A DNA stretch of 32,000 bases from Synechococcus elongatus PCC 6301. Lineage in GTDB: Bacteria > Cyanobacteriota > Cyanobacteriia > Synechococcales > Synechococcaceae. This document shows positions 1-9,793 of the stretch, piece by piece. Positions within the stretch are counted from its first letter, which is position 1. Each line of letters opens with the position of its first letter. The notes beneath the pieces were generated by a model. That model searched no databases and was not told where the DNA came from. It saw only the letters and a list, made by a program, of their open reading frames with translations. The position numbers and the translations under genes were made by a program. The stretch is taken from assembly GCF_000010065.1 (NCBI RefSeq), contig NC_006576.1, forward strand, positions 2,130,001 to 2,162,000, read 5' to 3'.

Positions 1-167
1 ACGGTCAGGCAATTTACCTGACGACTGAAGCACAAACCCTCGAGAAGGAAGTGGGCCTGCAGCCGCCGACTGAAATCTATCGGGAAGAAAAGCTCGCTTA
101 CGACACCTTTAACCCGCAGGATCCAGTCGCTTACCTCGCATCTCAAAAGCAGAAATACGGGAGATAA
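1..167 (+). CDS. cynA: 3' end of cyanate ABC transporter substrate-binding protein (partial, runs off the left edge)
   Basis: Frame 3 is open from the window edge to TAA at 165-167 (...EKLAYDTFNPQDPVAYLASQKQKYGR*). cynB starts 9 bp later. Identity is inferred from the cynB-cynD-cynS genes that follow. Only 54 codons are visible, so the family cannot be judged from the sequence alone. Confidence 0.6.
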   Translation, partial: GQAIYLTTEAQTLEKEVGLQPPTEIYREEKLAYDTFNPQDPVAYLASQKQKYGR

Positions 168-176
168 ACACAACTT

Positions 177-968
177 ATGGTGAGAACTCCTGTACCGCTT
201 TACCTACGTTGGGCGGTCTCCATCCTCAGCGTGCTTGCGTTCCTAGCCATTTGGCAAATTGCGGCAGCTTCAGGATTTTTAGGCAAAACTTTTCCTGGCT
301 CCCTGCGCACTTTGCAGGATTTGTTTGGATGGCTTTCAGATCCCTTCTTTGATAACGGCCCCAATGACTTAGGGATTGGCTGGAACTTACTGATTAGTTT
401 GCGTCGCGTTGCGATCGGCTACCTGCTGGCAACAGTTGTTGCAATTCCTTTGGGGATTGCAATCGGTATGTCGGCGCTAGCTTCCAGTATTTTTTCGCCC
501 TTTGTGCAACTCCTGAAGCCAGTTTCACCTTTGGCCTGGTTGCCGATTGGTCTCTTCTTATTCCGAGATTCGGAATTGACGGGTGTTTTTGTCATCCTGA
601 TTTCGAGTCTGTGGCCAACGTTGATCAACACAGCGTTTGGGGTGGCGAATGTCAATCCTGACTTTTTGAAGGTTTCGCAATCTTTGGGAGCTAGTCGTTG
701 GCGCACGATTCTGAAGGTGATTCTGCCCGCAGCATTGCCCAGCATCATCGCGGGAATGCGGATCAGCATGGGCATTGCTTGGCTGGTCATTGTGGCAGCA
801 GAGATGCTGTTGGGAACAGGAATTGGCTATTTCATTTGGAATGAGTGGAATAACCTATCACTTCCTAATATTTTCTCGGCCATCATCATCATTGGGATTG
901 TTGGCATTCTTCTCGACCAAGGCTTCCGTTTTCTTGAGAACCAGTTTTCTTACGCAGGCAACCGATAA
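177..968 (+). CDS. cynB: cyanate/nitrate-type ABC transporter permease
   Basis: 263-aa ORF starting at ATG 177. It is a multi-pass hydrophobic protein with an NrtB/CmpB-like ABC permease layout. It lies between the cynA fragment and the ATPase gene, with a 3-bp gap to the next gene. Confidence 0.9.
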   Translation: MVRTPVPLYLRWAVSILSVLAFLAIWQIAAASGFLGKTFPGSLRTLQDLFGWLSDPFFDNGPNDLGIGWNLLISLRRVAIGYLLATVVAIPLGIAIGMSALASSIFSPFVQLLKPVSPLAWLPIGLFLFRDSELTGVFVILISSLWPTLINTAFGVANVNPDFLKVSQSLGASRWRTILKVILPAALPSIIAGMRISMGIAWLVIVAAEMLLGTGIGYFIWNEWNNLSLPNIFSAIIIIGIVGILLDQGFRFLENQFSYAGNR

Positions 969-971
969 CCC

Positions 972-1841
972 ATGATTTCTGAAGCTGTGCCAGCCAAGGA
1001 GGAGACAGGGCAGGCTCAATTGCTGATTGAGCAAGTTGGCAAAGTTTTTACTGTCAATTCACCTTCTCTCCTCGATCGCCTTCGACAGCGATCGCCCAAA
1101 CGCTACGTTGCATTAGAAGATGTCAACCTCACGATCGCGTCGAACACATTTGTCTCGATTATTGGCCCTTCGGGTTGTGGTAAATCAACCCTTCTCAACT
1201 TGATTGCTGGCCTTGATTTACCAACGTCTGGCCAGATTCTGCTGGATGGTCAACGCATTCGATCGCCGGGGCCCGATCGTGGCATCGTCTTCCAGAACTA
1301 TGCCCTGATGCCCTGGATGACCGCGCTTGAGAATGTCATCTTTGCAGTTGAAACGGCGCGCCCAAACCTGAGCAAATCCCAAGCTCGCGAAGTGGCACGA
1401 GAGCATCTAGAGCTGGTGGGTTTAACCAAAGCTGCCGATCGCTATCCGGGCCAAATTTCAGGGGGGATGAAACAGCGCGTAGCGATCGCCCGTGCCCTCT
1501 CCATCCGTCCTAAGCTCCTGCTGATGGATGAACCCTTTGGTGCCTTGGATGCCCTCACCCGTGGCTACCTCCAAGAAGAAGTGCTGCGGATTTGGGAAGC
1601 CAACAAACTGAGTGTGGTGCTCATCACTCACAGTATTGATGAAGCACTGCTGCTTTCCGATCGCATTGTGGTGATGTCTCGTGGGCCACGAGCCACTATT
1701 CGAGAAGTGATTGATTTACCAGCCGTTCGCCCTCGGCAACGGTCTGTGATCGAAGAAGATGAGCGCTTCGTCAAAATCAAATTGCGCCTTGAAGAACATT
1801 TGTTCAACGAGACGCGTGCAGTTGAAGAAGCCAGTGTTTAG
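972..1841 (+). CDS. cynD: cyanate/nitrate-type ABC transporter ATP-binding protein
   Basis: 289-aa ORF with Walker [13 protein letters not shown] signature ISGGMKQR and Walker B LLLMDEPF. The stop TAG (1839-1841) overlaps the GGAG Shine-Dalgarno of cynS. Confidence 0.92.
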   Translation: MISEAVPAKEETGQAQLLIEQVGKVFTVNSPSLLDRLRQRSPKRYVALEDVNLTIASNTFVSIIGPSGCGKSTLLNLIAGLDLPTSGQILLDGQRIRSPGPDRGIVFQNYALMPWMTALENVIFAVETARPNLSKSQAREVAREHLELVGLTKAADRYPGQISGGMKQRVAIARALSIRPKLLLMDEPFGALDALTRGYLQEEVLRIWEANKLSVVLITHSIDEALLLSDRIVVMSRGPRATIREVIDLPAVRPRQRSVIEEDERFVKIKLRLEEHLFNETRAVEEASV

Positions 1842-1851
1842 GAGAATTCCA

Positions 1852-2292
1852 ATGACCTCAGCGATTACTGAACAACTTCTGAAAGCGAAAAAAGCAAAGG
1901 GAATTACCTTTACTGAGCTTGAGCAATTACTTGGACGGGATGAAGTCTGGATTGCGAGTGTGTTCTACCGTCAATCTACGGCTTCGCCTGAAGAGGCAGA
2001 AAAGCTACTGACTGCTCTGGGCTTAGATCTGGCCTTGGCTGATGAGTTGACGACTCCGCCGGTCAAAGGTTGTTTGGAACCGGTGATTCCAACTGATCCG
2101 TTGATCTATCGCTTCTACGAAATCATGCAGGTCTATGGCTTGCCCCTCAAGGATGTTATCCAAGAAAAATTTGGCGATGGCATCATGAGTGCGATTGATT
2201 TCACCTTAGATGTCGATAAGGTTGAAGATCCCAAAGGCGATCGCGTTAAGGTCACGATGTGTGGCAAGTTCTTGGCGTACAAGAAGTGGTAA
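1852..2292 (+). CDS. cynS: cyanase (cyanate hydratase)
   Basis: 146-aa product from ATG 1852 ([24 protein letters not shown]...), which is typical cyanase length and N-terminus. GGAG at 1841-1844 lies 7 nt upstream. The track ORF starting at 1759 would overlap cynD and adds a non-conserved extension. Confidence 0.93.
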   Translation: MTSAITEQLLKAKKAKGITFTELEQLLGRDEVWIASVFYRQSTASPEEAEKLLTALGLDLALADELTTPPVKGCLEPVIPTDPLIYRFYEIMQVYGLPLKDVIQEKFGDGIMSAIDFTLDVDKVEDPKGDRVKVTMCGKFLAYKKW

Positions 2293-2332
2293 ATACTGCT
2301 AGCTAATCAAGCTTCAATTCTTGATCACTGGA

Positions 2333-2362
2333 GGAGAGAGGTTTCCGCTTCTCTCCTTTTTT
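2333..2362 (+). terminator. rho-independent terminator of the cyn operon
   Basis: GGAGAGAGG (2333-2341) pairs with CTTCTCTCC (2348-2356): 9 bp with one G-U and a 6-nt loop. It is followed by T6 (2357-2362), 41 bp after the cynS stop. A smaller hairpin ATCAAG/CTTGAT lies at 2306-2325. Confidence 0.8.
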
Positions 2363-2508
2363 GATTGGAATTCTCTCATTAACTACGATACCGCTCTGCA
2401 CTGAATGACCTCGAGCTGAGTGGAAGGTAGCTCGCCGCCGATGATAATGGCGCCTCTGGAAGAGTTTGGCTAAGCTGTGGACGGCGATCGCGGTTGTCTG
2501 TCTGTGCT

Positions 2509-2913
2509 ATGCCCTTGATTTCGGTGACCCGACTCAAGCTTAGAAATGTTCTTTATTTGCCCCGCTTGCTTCCCTTCTCGTTGCGATCGACGTGGCAGGC
2601 TAAACGAGCGCCTGGCAATCTGGGCGTTAAGCTGTTGCAGGATCGTAACTTGGCTTTTTGGACCTGCACCGCTTGGACGGATGAAGGAGCCATGCGTCGG
2701 TTCATGAGAGCGGATGCCCACGGGCAGGCCATGACGAAATTGATGGATTGGTGCAGCGAAGCCTCAGTCGTCCATTGGCAGCAGGATCAGCCAGACTTGC
2801 CCGACTGGCAGGAAGCTCACCGCCGCATGATCGCGGAGGGGCGCCCCTCCAAAGTGAACCATCCTTCGGCTGCCCACCAAGCATTTCAGGTCGATCCGCC
2901 GCGCCGCGCCTAG
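2509..2913 (+). CDS. small conserved hypothetical protein, Dabb/ABM-fold-like (family assignment uncertain)
   Basis: The ORF is 2494-2913 in the track (TTG start). ATG at 2509 gives MPLISVTRLKLRNV..., matching the N-terminus I recall for a small ferredoxin-like alpha+beta barrel family (ISVTRLxLR...FWTxTxWxDExAMRxF...H). The overlapping minus-strand ORFs are Pro/Arg/Gly-rich antisense artefacts. Confidence 0.7.
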   Translation: MPLISVTRLKLRNVLYLPRLLPFSLRSTWQAKRAPGNLGVKLLQDRNLAFWTCTAWTDEGAMRRFMRADAHGQAMTKLMDWCSEASVVHWQQDQPDLPDWQEAHRRMIAEGRPSKVNHPSAAHQAFQVDPPRRA

Positions 2914-2955
2914 CTCAGTGACTGCGGTCGCGCTGTCTTGCATCATTGCTTCGCT

Positions 2956-3195
2956 CTACCAGCCCGGATCGCTGGCACAGTCCACGGTGATCTCACCCGA
3001 GGCGGCATCGGGAATCGCAGTGATACAGCCGCAGACTGGCTCGCCATCGAGGTCAACCTCGCAAGCATGACAGGAGCCCATCAGGCAGCCGGTGGGAATC
3101 CGTAAACCGGCTCGCTGCGCCACATTGAGTAGGGGTTCACCCACTTCAGCGGCCACGCGCACATCGTCGGGTAAGAAATGCACCGTAATCGTCAT
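2956..3195 (-). CDS. small 2Fe-2S ferredoxin-like protein
   Basis: 79-aa ORF with a plant-type cluster-ligand pattern, C-x4-C-x2-C (GCLMGSCHAC), plus downstream CGC. It starts 11 bp after the rfbA stop on the same strand. Confidence 0.8.
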   Translation of the reverse strand: MTITVHFLPDDVRVAAEVGEPLLNVAQRAGLRIPTGCLMGSCHACEVDLDGEPVCGCITAIPDAASGEITVDCASDPGW

Positions 3196-3206
3196 AGGGC
3201 GATCGC

Positions 3207-4091
3207 TTAGAGAGGATTGTGCAAGAGGTCCAGTAGATACTGGCCATAGCCATTTTTACGGAGTGGCTCAGCTAACTGCTCAAGCTGGGTAGCCGTAATC
3301 CAGCCCTGGCGATAGGCGATTTCTTCCGGGCAGGCGATCTTGAGCCCCTGCCGTTTTTCCAGTGTCTGGATAAAACTGGCGGCATCGAGCAGGCTGTCGT
3401 GGGTGCCGGTGTCCAGCCAAGCCATCCCGCGCCCGAGCAGTTCCACCCGCAGGTGACCCCGCTGAAGGTACGCATTGTTGAGGTCGGTGATCTCTAGCTC
3501 TCCTCGGGTTGAGGGTCGGACTTGCTTTGCTAGCTCTACGACCTGCTGATCGTAGAAGTAGAGTCCCGTGACGGCATAGCGCGATCGCGGTTTCTTGGGC
3601 TTCTCTTCAATCGAAAGCACCCGCTGCTGGGCATCGAATTCTACAACGCCATAGCGCTCTGGATCGGCAACGCCGTAGGCAAAAACGGTTGCCCCCTGCG
3701 AACGCTGACTGGCTTGCTGGAGTTGTACCGCCAGATCGTCACCATGAAAAAGGTTGTCGCCCAGAATCAGAGCGGCGGGTGAGCCATTCAGGAATGATTC
3801 GCCAATCAAAAAGGCTTGCGCCAGACCTTCGGGAGCCGGCTGAATGGCATAGCTCAGCGAGAGTCCCCAGCGATCGCCGTTGCCCAAGAGCTGCGCAAAA
3901 CGATCGGTGTCTTGGGGGGTGGAGATAATCAAAATCTCACGAATGCCACTCAACATCAGCGTGCTGAGCGGGTAGTAAATCATCGGCTTGTCATAGACCG
4001 GCAGCAGCTGTTTGGAGACTGCATAGGTGGCGGGATAGAGCCGAGTGCCAGATCCACCCGCCAGAATGATGCCGCGCCGTGCCTCGGTCAT
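3207..4091 (-). CDS. rfbA: glucose-1-phosphate thymidylyltransferase
   Basis: 294 aa. It has the N-terminal [16 protein letters not shown] nucleotidyltransferase motif and RmlA-like sequence throughout. Its ATG overlaps the rfbB stop (ATGA at 4088-4091). Confidence 0.95.
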   Translation of the reverse strand: MTEARRGIILAGGSGTRLYPATYAVSKQLLPVYDKPMIYYPLSTLMLSGIREILIISTPQDTDRFAQLLGNGDRWGLSLSYAIQPAPEGLAQAFLIGESFLNGSPAALILGDNLFHGDDLAVQLQQASQRSQGATVFAYGVADPERYGVVEFDAQQRVLSIEEKPKKPRSRYAVTGLYFYDQQVVELAKQVRPSTRGELEITDLNNAYLQRGHLRVELLGRGMAWLDTGTHDSLLDAASFIQTLEKRQGLKIACPEEIAYRQGWITATQLEQLAEPLRKNGYGQYLLDLLHNPL

Positions 4092-5161
4092 ACTGTGGTT
4101 TCCTGCTCCTGTGTCAAGCCGAGGCGGCCACCATCATAGCCACTGCGTTGTCGGACTTTTTGGCACCAATCCAGATAATTGAGATACCAGCAAACCGTTT
4201 TGCGTAGACCCGTTTCAAAACTTTCTTGGGGTTGCCAACCGAGCTCACGCTCAATGCGGCTGGCATCGATCGCGTAGCGGCGATCGTGGCCGGGGCGATC
4301 GCGGACAAATTCCATCTGTTGGCGATAGGACTGCGATCGCGGCTTGAGTTCGTCCAACAGATCGCAAATCGTCTCAACGACTTGGAGATTGGTCCGTTCG
4401 TTAAAGCCGCCGATGTTGTAGGTCTCGCCGATCTGTCCTTTTAGTAAGACTTGTTCTAGGGCGCGGGTGTGATCTTCCACGTAGAGCCAGTCGCGGATAT
4501 TGCCGCCGTTGCCGTAGATCGGCAGTGGATTACCGGCGATCGCATTGAGGATGATTACAGGGATCAGCTTTTCAGGAAACTGCCATGGGCCGTAGTTGTT
4601 GGAGCAATTCGTGACCAAAACTGGCAGGCCATAGGTGTGATGCCAAGCCCGCACGAGATGATCGGAACTGGCTTTGCTTGCCGAGTAGGGCGATCGCGGA
4701 TCGTAGCGAGTTGCTTCAGTGAAAAGTCCAGTCTCGCCGAGGCTGCCATAGACCTCATCGGTAGAGATGTGATGAAAGCGAAAAGTCTGTTGCTCTGACT
4801 CTGATAATTCTTGCCAGTAACGGCGGGCAGCTTCTAGCAGATTAAAAGTGCCGAGGATATTACTTTCGATAAAGGGGCGGGGTGAATCGATGGAGCGATC
4901 GACGTGGGATTCCGCCGCCAAATGCATGACGGCAGTCGGTTGATAGGTCTGGAAAATTCGCGTCAGTGCAGCTTCATCCAGCAAATCAACTTGTTCAAAG
5001 ACATAGCGATCGCTGTCCTCAAAGGGTTGCAACGAGGTCAGATCGCTGGCATAGCTCAGTTTATCGAGGTTGATAATCCGAGCATCAAGGCGAGTGGTCA
5101 ACAAGTGTCGAATCAAGGCTGAGCCGATAAAGCCAGCACCACCCGTAATCAAAATCTTCAT
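4088..5161 (-). CDS. rfbB: dTDP-glucose 4,6-dehydratase
   Basis: 357 aa with the GGAGFIGS Rossmann motif and the SDR catalytic YSASKASSD (YxxxK). There is an ATGA overlap with rfbD (5158-5161). Confidence 0.95.
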   Translation of the reverse strand: MKILITGGAGFIGSALIRHLLTTRLDARIINLDKLSYASDLTSLQPFEDSDRYVFEQVDLLDEAALTRIFQTYQPTAVMHLAAESHVDRSIDSPRPFIESNILGTFNLLEAARRYWQELSESEQQTFRFHHISTDEVYGSLGETGLFTEATRYDPRSPYSASKASSDHLVRAWHHTYGLPVLVTNCSNNYGPWQFPEKLIPVIILNAIAGNPLPIYGNGGNIRDWLYVEDHTRALEQVLLKGQIGETYNIGGFNERTNLQVVETICDLLDELKPRSQSYRQQMEFVRDRPGHDRRYAIDASRIERELGWQPQESFETGLRKTVCWYLNYLDWCQKVRQRSGYDGGRLGLTQEQETTV

Positions 5162-6027
5162 TGGTTCTTTGCAACTTGCGTCAGCATTTGAGCCAAGGCA
5201 TGGCGCCAGTGTAGGGGATCGTGGCCAATCGCTCGATTAAAGTCGGCACAATCCAGCACGCTATAGGCCGGGCGGGTGGCTGGGGTCGGGTAGTCACTGC
5301 TGGGAATGGCAGCGATCGGGACTGCCTGCTGAAGTAATCCCAGCTCTAGGGCAAGGTCTTGAATGGCTACGGCAAAGTCATACCAACTGGCTACACCGGC
5401 ATCGGTGCAGTGGTGAATTCCCATGAGGTTCTGGGCGATCGCTTGCCAAAGAGCAGCGGCCAAACTATCAGTCCAGGTGGGTGTCCCAACCTGATCCCAG
5501 ACGACAGTGAGGTGATCGCGTTCTGCCATCAAGCGCAGCATCGTGGTGACAAAGTTGCGGCCACCTAGTCCATAAACCCAAGCTGTGCGTACAATCAGCG
5601 ATCGCTCGGGCAGAAACTGTAGGATTGCTTCTTCAGCGGCAGCTTTGGTTGTGCCATAGACGCTCAAGGGCTGGCGTTCAGCATCGGTTGGATAAGGCCG
5701 ATTGCGATCGCCATTAAAAACAAAATCTGTCGAGATTTGCAGTAAATTTCCACCCGTTTCAGCCAAACTTTCGGCCAGAATTCTGACTGAATTGCTGTTG
5801 ATTGCTATCGCCAGGGCTGGCTCAGATTCTGCTCGATCGACAGTGGTATAAGCACCGGCATTAATTACCCAGTCAGGACGAAGGGTCTGAATGGCTGCGC
5901 GGATCGCAGACTCGTCACTGAGATCGAGTTGCTGGCGACCGCAGGCAATCAGATCGACCCCATCAGGATGCGATCGCTGGAGGGCTTGCCCGACCTGTCC
6001 AGCAGCCCCTGTCAGTAAAACCTTCAT
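5158..6027 (-). CDS. rfbD: dTDP-4-dehydrorhamnose reductase
   Basis: 289 aa with the N-terminal [13 protein letters not shown](P)-binding motif and RmlD-like length. There is an ATGA overlap with rfbC (6024-6027). Confidence 0.9.
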   Translation of the reverse strand: MKVLLTGAAGQVGQALQRSHPDGVDLIACGRQQLDLSDESAIRAAIQTLRPDWVINAGAYTTVDRAESEPALAIAINSNSVRILAESLAETGGNLLQISTDFVFNGDRNRPYPTDAERQPLSVYGTTKAAAEEAILQFLPERSLIVRTAWVYGLGGRNFVTTMLRLMAERDHLTVVWDQVGTPTWTDSLAAALWQAIAQNLMGIHHCTDAGVASWYDFAVAIQDLALELGLLQQAVPIAAIPSSDYPTPATRPAYSVLDCADFNRAIGHDPLHWRHALAQMLTQVAKNQ

Positions 6028-6575
6028 ATGAATACCTCCGCTTCCAAGAGGTTAACGGCGGCGGCATCCTTGGCAGAGAGTTGCGGTTGCTGGCCGGCTG
6101 CTAAGGGCCAGTCGATTGCGATCGCCGGATCATCCCAGCGGAGCGATCGCTCGTGAGTAGGTGCGTAGTAATCAGTCGTTTTGTAGAGCACTTCAGCGCT
6201 CTCAGAGAGCACCAGGAAGCCATGGGCAAAGCCAGGGGGAACCCAGAGCTGACGATGATTGTCTGCAGACAGCCGCTCCCCAACCCACTGGCCAAATTGG
6301 GGTGAACTCTGGCGTAGATCGACGGCAACATCGAAGATTTCACCGACTACACAGCGGACTAATTTGCCCTGTGCCTGCTGGATTTGATAGTGCAATCCCC
6401 GCAGTACGCCCTGTTGCGATCGCGAATGATTGTCTTGGACAAAGGTCACATTTAGACCCGTTAGCTCGGCAAAGGTGCGAGCGTTGAAGCTTTCCAAGAA
6501 GAACCCACGATCGTCCCCAAAAACCTTGGGCTCCAAAATGCAGACATCAGCGAGAGCGGTGTGGCGGATCTGCAT
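6024..6575 (-). CDS. rfbC: dTDP-4-dehydrorhamnose 3,5-epimerase
   Basis: 183-aa cupin with the RmlC hallmarks FGDDRGFF and VLRGLHYQ. It is the first gene of the minus-strand rfb operon. Confidence 0.93.
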   Translation of the reverse strand: MQIRHTALADVCILEPKVFGDDRGFFLESFNARTFAELTGLNVTFVQDNHSRSQQGVLRGLHYQIQQAQGKLVRCVVGEIFDVAVDLRQSSPQFGQWVGERLSADNHRQLWVPPGFAHGFLVLSESAEVLYKTTDYYAPTHERSLRWDDPAIAIDWPLAAGQQPQLSAKDAAAVNLLEAEVFI

Positions 6576-6634
6576 AGCTTCCCTTCGGAGCGATCGTTGG
6601 TGAACATACCACTAACACCGCTGCAGCTTCGAGT

Positions 6635-7561
6635 GTGTTCATGTCATCTTCTGCCTCCCTGATTTGGCCGCGCGAGTTGGCAGATGTCCTCTGGCTCCTG
6701 CAAAGTCCAGCCATCATTCGCCGTGATCGCTATCCCTTGGTGGGTGATGCACGCTTGTATTTGGCGGGTCGGCAGCTCCGAGCCCAGTGGCAAGACCAAG
6801 ATCGCGATCGCTTAGCGGCTGAAGCAGCAGCTTGGGTTGCAGCGCAACCTCGCACCTATAAATTAGGCATCCGTGCTGAGGCGCTTCTCGTTTGGGCACT
6901 GCGTCAGTTGCCGCGCTTTCGTCTTTTGGCGCATCAACTGCAATTGCGCGATGGCTCAACCTGTCTGGGTGAGCTGGATTTCCTGATTGAGGATCGCGCG
7001 CTGGGGCGATATGAACATTGGGAATTGGCGCTCAAGTTCTTCGGGTGGAGCGGCGAGCAGTGGATCGGGCCAGATAGCAAAGATCAGCCCACTCAAAAGC
7101 TAGAGCGAATGCAGGGGCGTCAGTTGAGTTTGAGCCAAACACCTGCGTTTCAGCAGTGGCTACAGCAGCACCATCCCGCAGCAACCGCTGGGCCTTGGCA
7201 GCGGCGTTTACTCTCGCGGGGGTTTGCCTTTATCCCTTGGGGAATGCCTTTTCCAAACAGTCAGCAAGAAGTGTCCCTGCAAGCGCAACAGGGGTGGCTA
7301 GTTCATCGCGATCGCCTGCCACCCACAACTGTGTTCCCCTTTGTTCATGGCTGGGTGAGTTTGCCACGGGAGTTGTGGATGTCGCGCTACGTGCACGATC
7401 GCGATCGCCATGGCTGCTTGGCGGCAGCTGCCAGCTTACAGGAACTGGAAGCGATCGCCCCTCAAGATGCCGCCCAACTCGTCGTTGGTCTTGGTGTAGG
7501 GGGCGTGGAAGTGACACGAGGATTTCTGGTGCATTCTCATTGGCCGCTAGTTGCAATCTAG
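6635..7561 (+). CDS. conserved hypothetical protein, DUF1853-like (possible PD-(D/E)xK nuclease fold)
   Basis: 308-aa ORF with a GTG start at 6635 in the track. The first ATG is at 6641. The central GELDFLIED...YEHWELALKF resembles the D...E-x-K core I recall for DUF1853. The overlapping ORFs 7156-7569(+) and 7230-7565(-) look like composition artefacts. Confidence 0.7.
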   Translation: MFMSSSASLIWPRELADVLWLLQSPAIIRRDRYPLVGDARLYLAGRQLRAQWQDQDRDRLAAEAAAWVAAQPRTYKLGIRAEALLVWALRQLPRFRLLAHQLQLRDGSTCLGELDFLIEDRALGRYEHWELALKFFGWSGEQWIGPDSKDQPTQKLERMQGRQLSLSQTPAFQQWLQQHHPAATAGPWQRRLLSRGFAFIPWGMPFPNSQQEVSLQAQQGWLVHRDRLPPTTVFPFVHGWVSLPRELWMSRYVHDRDRHGCLAAAASLQELEAIAPQDAAQLVVGLGVGGVEVTRGFLVHSHWPLVAI

Positions 7562-7570
7562 GCAATTAGA

Positions 7571-9565
7571 CTACGTCGTCTCAAGGAGTCGAACACCCCC
7601 CAAACAAACGCGATTGCGTCCTAATTCTTTCGCTTGGTAGAGTGCTTGGTCTGCGGCTCCAATCAGTGCTTCAGGTGACTTATGAGGCGTGGGAACCCAG
7701 GTGACGGCTCCTAAACTTAGGCTGACCGACGAGCACACTGATGAACTTCGATGGGGAATTTTGAGCTGCTGAACAGCGGATCGCATCGATTCTGCAATTT
7801 GCAATATGCCTTGTTCATTCGTATTAGGTAAAATCACCACAAATTCCTCGCCGCCATAACGGGCAACTAAGTCAGCAGGGCGAGCGATGACTTGAGTGAG
7901 CGCAGTGGCAACTGCCTTAAGACAGTCGTCTCCAGCTTGGTGACCGTAGGTATCATTAAATTGCTTAAAGCAATCGATATCAATCAGGATTAATCCTAGG
8001 GGATGCTGCTCTCGTATTGCCCGCTGCCATTCGATGTCTAAACACTGATCAAAATGCCGACGATTGGCTAAGCCTGTGAGTCCATCAGATTGGGCCAGTC
8101 GCAAGAGCTGTTGATTGGCGGCAGCGAGTTGAGCATAAAGACGGGCTTGCTGGATCGCAATGCCGACCTGAGTGGCTAATTGCTTTAGCAGGTCAATCTC
8201 TAGCTTTTCCCAGCGACGAGGTTGTGAGTTTTGGCCAACAATTAAAAGTCCCCACAGTATTTCTTGGGCAAAAATTGGAGCGACAAGACTGGCTCGCAGT
8301 TGGAGGCGTTTGAGCAAGGTTGCATTGGTGAGCTCTAAGCCCTGGGCTTGCAGATCGGGAATGGAGTGAATCCGATCGCAACTATAGAAAGTTGGATCAA
8401 TCTCCTGCAGAATTGCTTCAAGTTCGGCGTTCCCTTGAATCAGAGTTTGGTTAGAGTCAGTTGACTCCGCAGCGATCGCTCCTTGCTGATTTGGCTGAAA
8501 CCGATAAATAAGCACTCGTTCAGCTTTGAGGAATTGACGAACTTCTGAAACAGTGGTTACCAAGATTTCATCGAGCTGTAGTGATTCTCGAATCCGTTGA
8601 GCAGTTCGATTGACCAAGCGTTCGCGATAAATTTGCTGTTGTAAAGCTGCTTTGGCTCGTTTTCGTTCCAGGGCTTTGCGCTCAAGTTTCTCATTGGCTG
8701 CATCTAGCGCAACTGTTCGCTCTCCCACCATCTGCTGTAAAGTCTCAATCGTGAGAGTTGCCTCAACGGGATCGATCATATGAATGAGGCTGGTTTGGGT
8801 GAGTAGGCCAACCATAATATTGCGCTCGTCAACCACAAGCAGTCGCCGGATCTTGCGAGCTCTCATGTATTGATTAGCTTGCCAAAGCGTATCGCTAGCC
8901 TGAATAAAAACTGGCGGTGAACCCATGAAATCAGCAGCTATTGTTTGGCTTAAATCAGCGCCCTGAACTTGCAAATGTAAAATATCGCGTTCAGTGACTA
9001 GGCCAATCGGTTTAGGAAAGCCTGAAGGATCTTTCTCCGTAATGACAACACAACTAATTAGGCGATCGCTCATTAATTCAGCTAGCGATAAAGCCGATTG
9101 ATAGCGGTCAGCACAAATGATCGACTTCACCATCACCTCGGAGACTCGCCACAGCCGTAGTAAATCGATCGGTTTTAATAGCCGCCGAATCCCTTCATAG
9201 GTCATGATGCCAATAAGCTGATGGGTGGCATTGACGACCGGCAGATGTCGAACGTTGTACTGACGAAAGAGGTTCAGTGTCCTAATAACGTCGTAAATAT
9301 CTGATTCTTGAATCGTCGTCACAGTCGAAGTTGCGACCTCTTCAATCGGTGTTGAAGTGATCGTGATTCCGATGGCCGTGAGCCGGACTAAATCCCGCTC
9401 TGTGAAAATACCAACAAGGGTTTGATTCGATTCCATCAACAGCACATAGCTGGAATGCTGCCGCTCCATCACTGCCAGAACCTGAGCAACCGGCAAAGTT
9501 GGCGCAACTGTGAGTGGCTGCCGATCGATGGCTTCTTCAAGCTCGAACATCGGAATCTTTGTCAT
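7571..9565 (-). CDS. diguanylate cyclase with four CBS motifs, a coiled coil and a GAF domain (CBS-CBS-CBS-CBS-GAF-GGDEF)
   Basis: 664 aa. The N-terminal ~270 aa contain four CBS-like repeats (e.g. VGIFTERDLVR, IGLVTERDIL). A Lys/Arg/Glu-rich coiled coil spans ~aa 285-320 and a GAF-like region spans ~aa 325-480. The C-terminal GGDEF domain has an intact GGEEF at 7841-7855 and an RPAD (RxxD I-site) at 7871-7882, five residues upstream. Confidence 0.9.
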   Translation of the reverse strand: MTKIPMFELEEAIDRQPLTVAPTLPVAQVLAVMERQHSSYVLLMESNQTLVGIFTERDLVRLTAIGITITSTPIEEVATSTVTTIQESDIYDVIRTLNLFRQYNVRHLPVVNATHQLIGIMTYEGIRRLLKPIDLLRLWRVSEVMVKSIICADRYQSALSLAELMSDRLISCVVITEKDPSGFPKPIGLVTERDILHLQVQGADLSQTIAADFMGSPPVFIQASDTLWQANQYMRARKIRRLLVVDERNIMVGLLTQTSLIHMIDPVEATLTIETLQQMVGERTVALDAANEKLERKALERKRAKAALQQQIYRERLVNRTAQRIRESLQLDEILVTTVSEVRQFLKAERVLIYRFQPNQQGAIAAESTDSNQTLIQGNAELEAILQEIDPTFYSCDRIHSIPDLQAQGLELTNATLLKRLQLRASLVAPIFAQEILWGLLIVGQNSQPRRWEKLEIDLLKQLATQVGIAIQQARLYAQLAAANQQLLRLAQSDGLTGLANRRHFDQCLDIEWQRAIREQHPLGLILIDIDCFKQFNDTYGHQAGDDCLKAVATALTQVIARPADLVARYGGEEFVVILPNTNEQGILQIAESMRSAVQQLKIPHRSSSVCSSVSLSLGAVTWVPTPHKSPEALIGAADQALYQAKELGRNRVCLGGVRLLETT

Positions 9566-9793
9566 CAGACTGTTCCTAGCCCTAGTGCGGTTTGTCGAGG
9601 TCTGTCGTGCACGATTCCGTGACAGTCAGTCAGTGTTGATCCCCGTGTCTATCGTTCCCGCTTTGGGCAGTAGAGCGGCTCTCTTATCGATTGTTGACCA
9701 TGAGCGTGAGGCCTCTCGAGAGTGCTCTCTGAGTGAGGTTGATGGCTGGGGCCGATTAGCTGAAATTTATTTCAATGAAAGTAAACAGATTGT

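Noticed and set aside
1759-1851. N-terminal extension of cynS suggested by the ORF track (start at 1759)
   Set aside because: It overlaps the 3' end of cynD in another frame and has no cyanase homology. ATG 1852 has a GGAG at the proper spacing and gives the canonical 146-aa length.
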